Positions 58,353 to 64,000 of a stretch of DNA of 64,000 nt are shown here, in pieces; the stretch's first letter is position 1; each line of letters opens with the position of its first letter. The position numbers and the translations under genes are program-made. Under the pieces are notes generated by a model that did not search any database, was not told where the DNA came from, and saw nothing but the letters and a program-made list of their open reading frames with translations. The stretch comes from Eledone cirrhosa (lineage: Eukaryota), in NCBI GenBank assembly GCA_964016885.1, contig OZ024742.1, positions 136,896,001 through 136,960,000 on the forward strand, in the 5' to 3' direction.

Positions 58353-60250
58353 TGCTTTTATCTTATGGGTTTCTTTCTGATTACACACACACACACATAT
58401 ATATATACACATAAACACACACATACATATATATATATAAATATCTGTGTGTCTGTGTGTGTGTGTATTATTATTTTGAAAGTGAACTTGCACGTTAATT
58501 ACTGCCGGCGAAGAGTTCCTCAGATTGTATATCATGAAAGTATTTCTCATAAAATATTCTTCGTTGATGCGCCGTTTGAGAAATGCCTCTCTGTAGAGAA
58601 GCCTGATGAACTGAAAGAGTAGGAATATACTCTACTAAATATATTTTGTACGCACTTCCTATTAGCTACCCTCACAGCGAATTATATATATGAGCATATT
58701 ATTCGTTGATCGCTATAAATAATAATTGAGGAAATCATGTAAAGTAACATTGGAAGGGGCTTATGAGGTATCGAACCACAAATCTTTTGAATGTTGCATT
58801 AGTAAGTTAACCCCTAGCGCTACAGAGACAATGGGCAACAACTGTGTCTTTTTATAATATTTTGAGTGAAATAAAATTACAGACAATAAATTAATTCTAA
58901 ATAATTTTTAAAATAAAATTACAAACATTGATGGAAATATGAAAACAAAAAAGATAAAAACAAAACCAAGCAATGGATATAGAGTGGGAGAATTGAAGAA
59001 TTGGAGATCTGGCTGTATGTAGTGGAGGAAAGGATATAAATACATAAATGAAAGGAAGAGGAAAGAAAATGCAAGGAGTATTAGACAACGGAAGATAAGG
59101 AGAGAGAATGGGAGAAGGTGATAGACTAGGGCGGGGAGGCGTTTCGGCTGCGTTCTGCGGATAAAACTGCAAATGCATTTCCAGGGATATTGGCCAGTGA
59201 CATCCGCTGTAACAGCCACCCCATCTCACATCGCTACTTTCTCAGAGGGGCTGCTGATGTTCCGAATTTACGGAGAAGCTCGATAGTACGGGATCCAAGG
59301 ATGCGCGAGGTCACGAAGGTTTCCGGTGCGAAGAGGAAGCGTCCGGCAAACCCCGGTATTTGCTTCTCTTCCTGTTCTCTGCATTGTGGGCTGCAGAACC
59401 GGGGTTTGTGGCCGAAGCGATTAAGTTGGAGGCGGAAAACATGTCACAGCGTATGATGTCTCCTTCGATTTGGAAGAGGTGTATCTAGAAATGTAATCAA
59501 AACTGTAAACGTCTTGAATGTTTGAAATTTGAAACTTGAGCTTATCAGCGCAAACGACTATAATAATAGTTGATTATTATGTACCAGTAATGCACTGAGT
59601 AATTGCTGGCCTTGTGCCTAAAGTAGAAACAATTATTATAAATGTTAGTTGAAAATCTCTGGTAAATACTCTGGAGATGGAAGGAAATAAATACAAACAT
59701 CTGCGAGTATTAGAACCACGTGTTTATTGGTTGCCGTGTCAGTGACTTAAACGATGCGCTAATGAGCTAATTCAATCATTTAGGAAGATTTAAACCTATG
59801 GCTAGTGGTTTAATCTAAGATTTTGACCTAAGAAGAATTGAGAATGAATTGAAATTTGAACCAGTAATTGACTTGTATATTGGAATTTCAAAATACAGAG
59901 ACTAATAACTCGATTCCAAGGTAACTTCATATCTGGTTTTCATTTAATTTTACATTTCTTTTTCCTATTTCTTCTCCTCTTCTCTTATCCCCATTCTTCC
60001 GGGTAACAAAATCACCTAATTTTGTTACCCGGAAATTTATCCAGCTGCATTGTAGAGGCTTCCAGAATCGACCATATATATATATATATCCAGGGAGTGT
60101 AACTTGGCATTACTGTAGGTTCAGCCGGGTGAGCACTCGATGTTTAGGTTTACTTCAGTGTCGAGGTGTAGAGCTAGTCAGAGTGTATTATAGTGAAATA
60201 AGATAACAAGAACGATTGGTTACTCCTTTATTTTTCCATTAACATTAGAA

Positions 60251-60340
60251 GGGGTCTGACGAGCCGCGGATTACAGAGTTGGATCAGATCGAAACAGATC
60301 GAACCTTGAGCTGATCAGTGGCGAAACGCACGTCAATAAA
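60251..60340 (+). ncRNA. Hammerhead-like motif with enlarged stem II; stem I not evident
   Basis: CTGACGA gccgc[~50 nt]gtggc GAAA cgcacg TC aataaa, adjacent to (TA)n. Confidence 0.45.
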
Positions 60341-60380
60341 CGTAATGAGGGGGGTAACCAATCGTCCTTGTTTTCTTATT

Positions 60381-60549
<169 letters not shown>

Positions 60550-62039
60550 TACCATTATTACTCTCGAAGTTATTTATTTGGTCCAACGTGCAGCCTTCTT
60601 TGTTCTTGTATGAAAATCTGTTATATGCTTTTAATTGTTATAAAATATTTCGTTTTAGAAGCTCGGTAGGAGTTGATGGTAATGCGGTGTATTTTGAATC
60701 TTTCCAACAGCGAAAATGTGTTGTCAACTGATTATTCAGGAATGTTTAAACTATATTAGAAATATTTAATGAGATTGTATGTGCAAACCAGATGATGTCT
60801 CTCTGAGGTTGTAAGGGGATTATGGTCTTTAAAGCCACTATCTATGAGAGCTTTATAATAAGAGATTGTAATAAGGAAATACTTTATTAACTATAGCTTT
60901 AGAAGCGGATATAGCCGCGATAAGATTCTTACAGACTCACATATATGGATGTACATATATATGTTCACATATACTCTAATGTGTTTGCAGCAGTAACATC
61001 GCATATAAAAATAGATAATTAGACGGTATGTAAAAAACATTGTTTACGTTCAAATGAACAAATATTTAAGGATAGATTAGGATAGATTAATTAATAAATA
61101 GGAAACTTTAACCATTCCCTTCCCTCGTAAACCTTTCTAAAACTTTCATCACCTTATAGGAAATTTCTGGTAAAGTTTTCTGCATGTTTAAATTGTGAAT
61201 CATATGATATATTTGCCGCTTGGTGGAATATAAATGGGTACACTACATTTAGGTGGTTGTATAAACATAAACAAAAAGGTGGCATATCACAAAAACACTC
61301 GTACAAATACAAAGACAAAAATAAAATAAAACGAATAAAACCTAAATCATTATCAGAAAAGTGGAAGCCGGTAAAGCGAAATGATTAGGCTCAATTAAAC
61401 TGGATTAAATTGAATTAAAATTAATCAAATTATCAAAGGGGATTAATTAAGATGTCCGATAGAGAAACCGATTCAATTGATAAACAATTTCGCTTCATTT
61501 TATTGCTTTGTTTATGTAAAATCTTTTTTCTCTTCAGTTTGATTTTTATACCACATTGTTTTTATATTTCGTAGTTTGTTATTATTCGTATTAAATTGTT
61601 TTTTTTTTCTGTTATATAAAACCATTATCTATTTATTATTTACTGTTTTACCTTTTTCTAATCATTACGATTTTGTTTACTTTTATTTTCTTTCTCTGTC
61701 TGAATGAAGTTAATATTGTATAGTCAATATGAATAAAAAGTCAATAACCTATAATATTAAAAACACAAAGGAATCAATAAAAACAAACAAAAAAAAAACG
61801 AGAAAATAAAAAATTACCAAATAAAAGAGATAATACAAAAAGTAATCGAAAATTAGCAATAAGCATTTGGTCGATATTTCAAAGTATTTTAAAAATATCT
61901 AATGAATATAATGAATAGACAGTGATAATTAATAATTATAAAAATAATAATAACTACAACATTTCTTTGTATGATTATCCAAAAAGCGTGTCATACAAAA
62001 GGGTTTCAAGATATCATGAGGTGTATATATATATATATA

Positions 62040-62545
62040 TAATTCCAATTTATTATAAATTATATTTATAAATTTAAGAAATTTATAAATTTCCGGTTGG
62101 TTGGTTGGTCCAACAACCGGACGGTTGTTCATATATTGTCAAAGTCAGAATGTGTGACCTCTTCAGTAACTGGGGATTCTTTTCTTTGTTTTGTGCCTCT
62201 CCTTTGTTCTGTCCTACACCATCTTGTTTTTCAAGATGGCGTAGGACAGAACAAAGGAGAGGCACAAAATAATGAAAAGAATCCCTAGTCACTGAAGAGG
62301 TCACAGAATGTGTGACGAAAGAACTTTGATAATATATGAACAACCGTCCGGTTGTGGAACCAACCAACCAACCAACCGAAAATTTATAAATTTAATTTAT
62401 AATAAATTGGAGTGAAAGCAACTGGTGCGTGCGTTTCTTATTGGCAACATGACCCTCCCAAAGTATAAAATTATCGGTTTCAACACACGTTTTCAGATAA
62501 AGAATCTTGCTAAATAAATTCAGAAACGAAATATATATATATATA
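62040..62545. mobile_element. Head-to-head (palindromic) pseudo-LTR of the 34285 PLE family
   Basis: Centre catcttgtttttcaagatg (~62230). The right arm matches 35225-35455 and extends into the tail. Short (TA)n at both ends. Confidence 0.88.
62288..62330 (+). ncRNA. Minimal hammerhead motif (copy of 35281)
   Basis: gtca CTGAAGA ggtcacagaatgtgtgac GAAA gaac TT tgat. Confidence 0.65.
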
Positions 62546-62635
62546 TAAACAAAGAAAGTGTGGTAAGAAACCAGATGGACCATAACGCACCAGGGTACTC
62601 AATACTTAGGGTAGTAGAGTGAGTAATAGGAAAAG

Positions 62636-62720
62636 AGTCAGGACCCCGACGGCTGAGCTTCGGCCGTTTCGACATCTAAGTCCAGACACGTATCCAGCTG
62701 TCGAAACGGCCGGAGCTCCG
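62636..62720. repeat. GC-rich hairpin (~35-bp arms) carrying the 3' half of a hammerhead-like motif
   Basis: gtcaggaccccgacggctgagcttcggccgtttcgaca ... tgtcgaaacggccggagctccgccgtcggggtcgtgac. Confidence 0.8.
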
Positions 62721-62750
62721 CCGTCGGGGTCGTGACTATCCCCCCCCCCC

Positions 62751-62779
<29 letters not shown>

Positions 62780-62781
<2 letters not shown>

Positions 62782-63400
62782 GCCAATTCATCTCCTCCTC
62801 TCTTCTACCCTACTGCTACTAATTTTATAATACGCACCATTCGTACACCCGCCATATACCTCCTCCCCAAGATATATAAACCCGATAATACCGACCGCCC
62901 TTTCATTTCCCTCTGTAACTACCCAACCGAAATAATCTCCAAATACCTTCATACCTTCCTTGTCCGCCTAGTAGCCGACTTCCGCTCCTACATCTACGAC
63001 ACCAATTAACCCTTCTACTGTTTAACACCTTCTCCTCCTCTTCTGGGCCATTTCACCTTCTCTTTACCATGGACAGTAACTCACTCAACACCGCTAACAC
63101 TCACAACCTCAGCCCCCGCCTTCTCAGATATTTTTTAGACTCACCCTACCCTGGCACCTCTACTTTTCTCCGCTATGCTGAGCTCGTTCTCACTCTCAAT
63201 GATTTTATTACTTTTTTCCGGAGACGTTTACCAACAGGTCTCTGGATTAGCCATGGGTACAAGAATGGGTCCTAACAACTTATTCGGTGGCTACGTTGAG
63301 GTCTTGATCTTCACTCAGTACACTAGTCTGACCCCTCGGCTGTACGGTCATAACATCGCCGATGTTATCGGTGCCACCTCTTCTCTATTCTATCCTGTGA
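62780..63400 (+). pseudogene. Penelope-like RT fragment
   Basis: PAIYLLPKIYKP....RPFIS.CN.PTE.ISKYL, FTMD..SL.T, AELVLTLN.F, YQQVSGLAMGTRMGP; contains stops and frameshifts. Confidence 0.85.
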
Positions 63401-64000
63401 ACAGCGTGACTCCTTTCTTTCTTTTGCCCAGTATTTTCATTCGACCTTCGCACCTGAATACTCATAGATTTCTCTGCTAACTTGAGCAACTGTGCCAACT
63501 CATTGCCAAATTAGTAGTCGATCAGCTGCGAAGCCACTGGTATTCACGACGCTGGTGTAATTTAATTAAACTGATGATCATTATGTGAACTATTGCTTAA
63601 TATGAGACAAGCAAGGTTTTTATCTAGGCTTACTCCTCTAGATCCAACCTGTTCTACTAGACTATCCAGTGGTAGCCATATCAGAGGGACCTCGTGTAGG
63701 ATGTGGCTCTTCAACGTGTAGGTCAGTTTTTGAACTGAGCGAGACTAGGTGTTCAGCTTAAATGAGGATATATTGTGCTTCATCAGTTCACTTAGTGGCA
63801 TGGTGAACAGACACTAGGATACACGGGATCGCCACAAAGGATCACCCAGTGTCAACCACTGAGACTTGCTACAGCTCTGCATATTCTTAAATAAACATAT
63901 ACATATTTAAACACCCACACAATATATACATATATACATATTATTGGATGGCCGTTGACTCTCCAAAGTTCTCCCGCCTTTTGCCAGGTTTTGTTTCTGC

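Noticed and set aside
58600-58625. ctgatga-act-gaaa-gag-ta hammerhead-like string
   Set aside because: No pairable stems II or III.
59050-59470. GC-richer island with an 88-aa ORF
   Set aside because: No recognisable domain or termini; probably an unclassified TE fragment.

Overview
AT-rich, microsatellite-dense animal DNA with a 200-N assembly gap at 55961-56160. The SINE families and repeat landscape resemble an octopus/cephalopod genome (inference). No intact host gene is evident and most short ORFs are microsatellite artefacts. The window is mostly decayed transposons: (1) four Tx1-type (L1-clade) LINE copies, one near full length with (ATT)n on both sides; (2) a complete-ended but decayed Helitron and a non-autonomous Helitron; (3) three coding Penelope-like element (PLE) fragments and many non-coding PLE-type termini in (TA)n arrays; (4) RTE, CR1-like and HERO-like LINE fragments; (5) two tRNA-derived SINE families. 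The most unusual signals are about a dozen minimal hammerhead-ribozyme (HHR) motifs, several with non-canonical cores (recurrent U4C, a U3-A8 covariant, enlarged stem II), at least 13 local fold-back inverted duplications mostly tied to (TA)n, and an RTE insertion with a twin-priming-type 5' inversion and target-site duplication (TSD). All structures were read by eye and none was computed.
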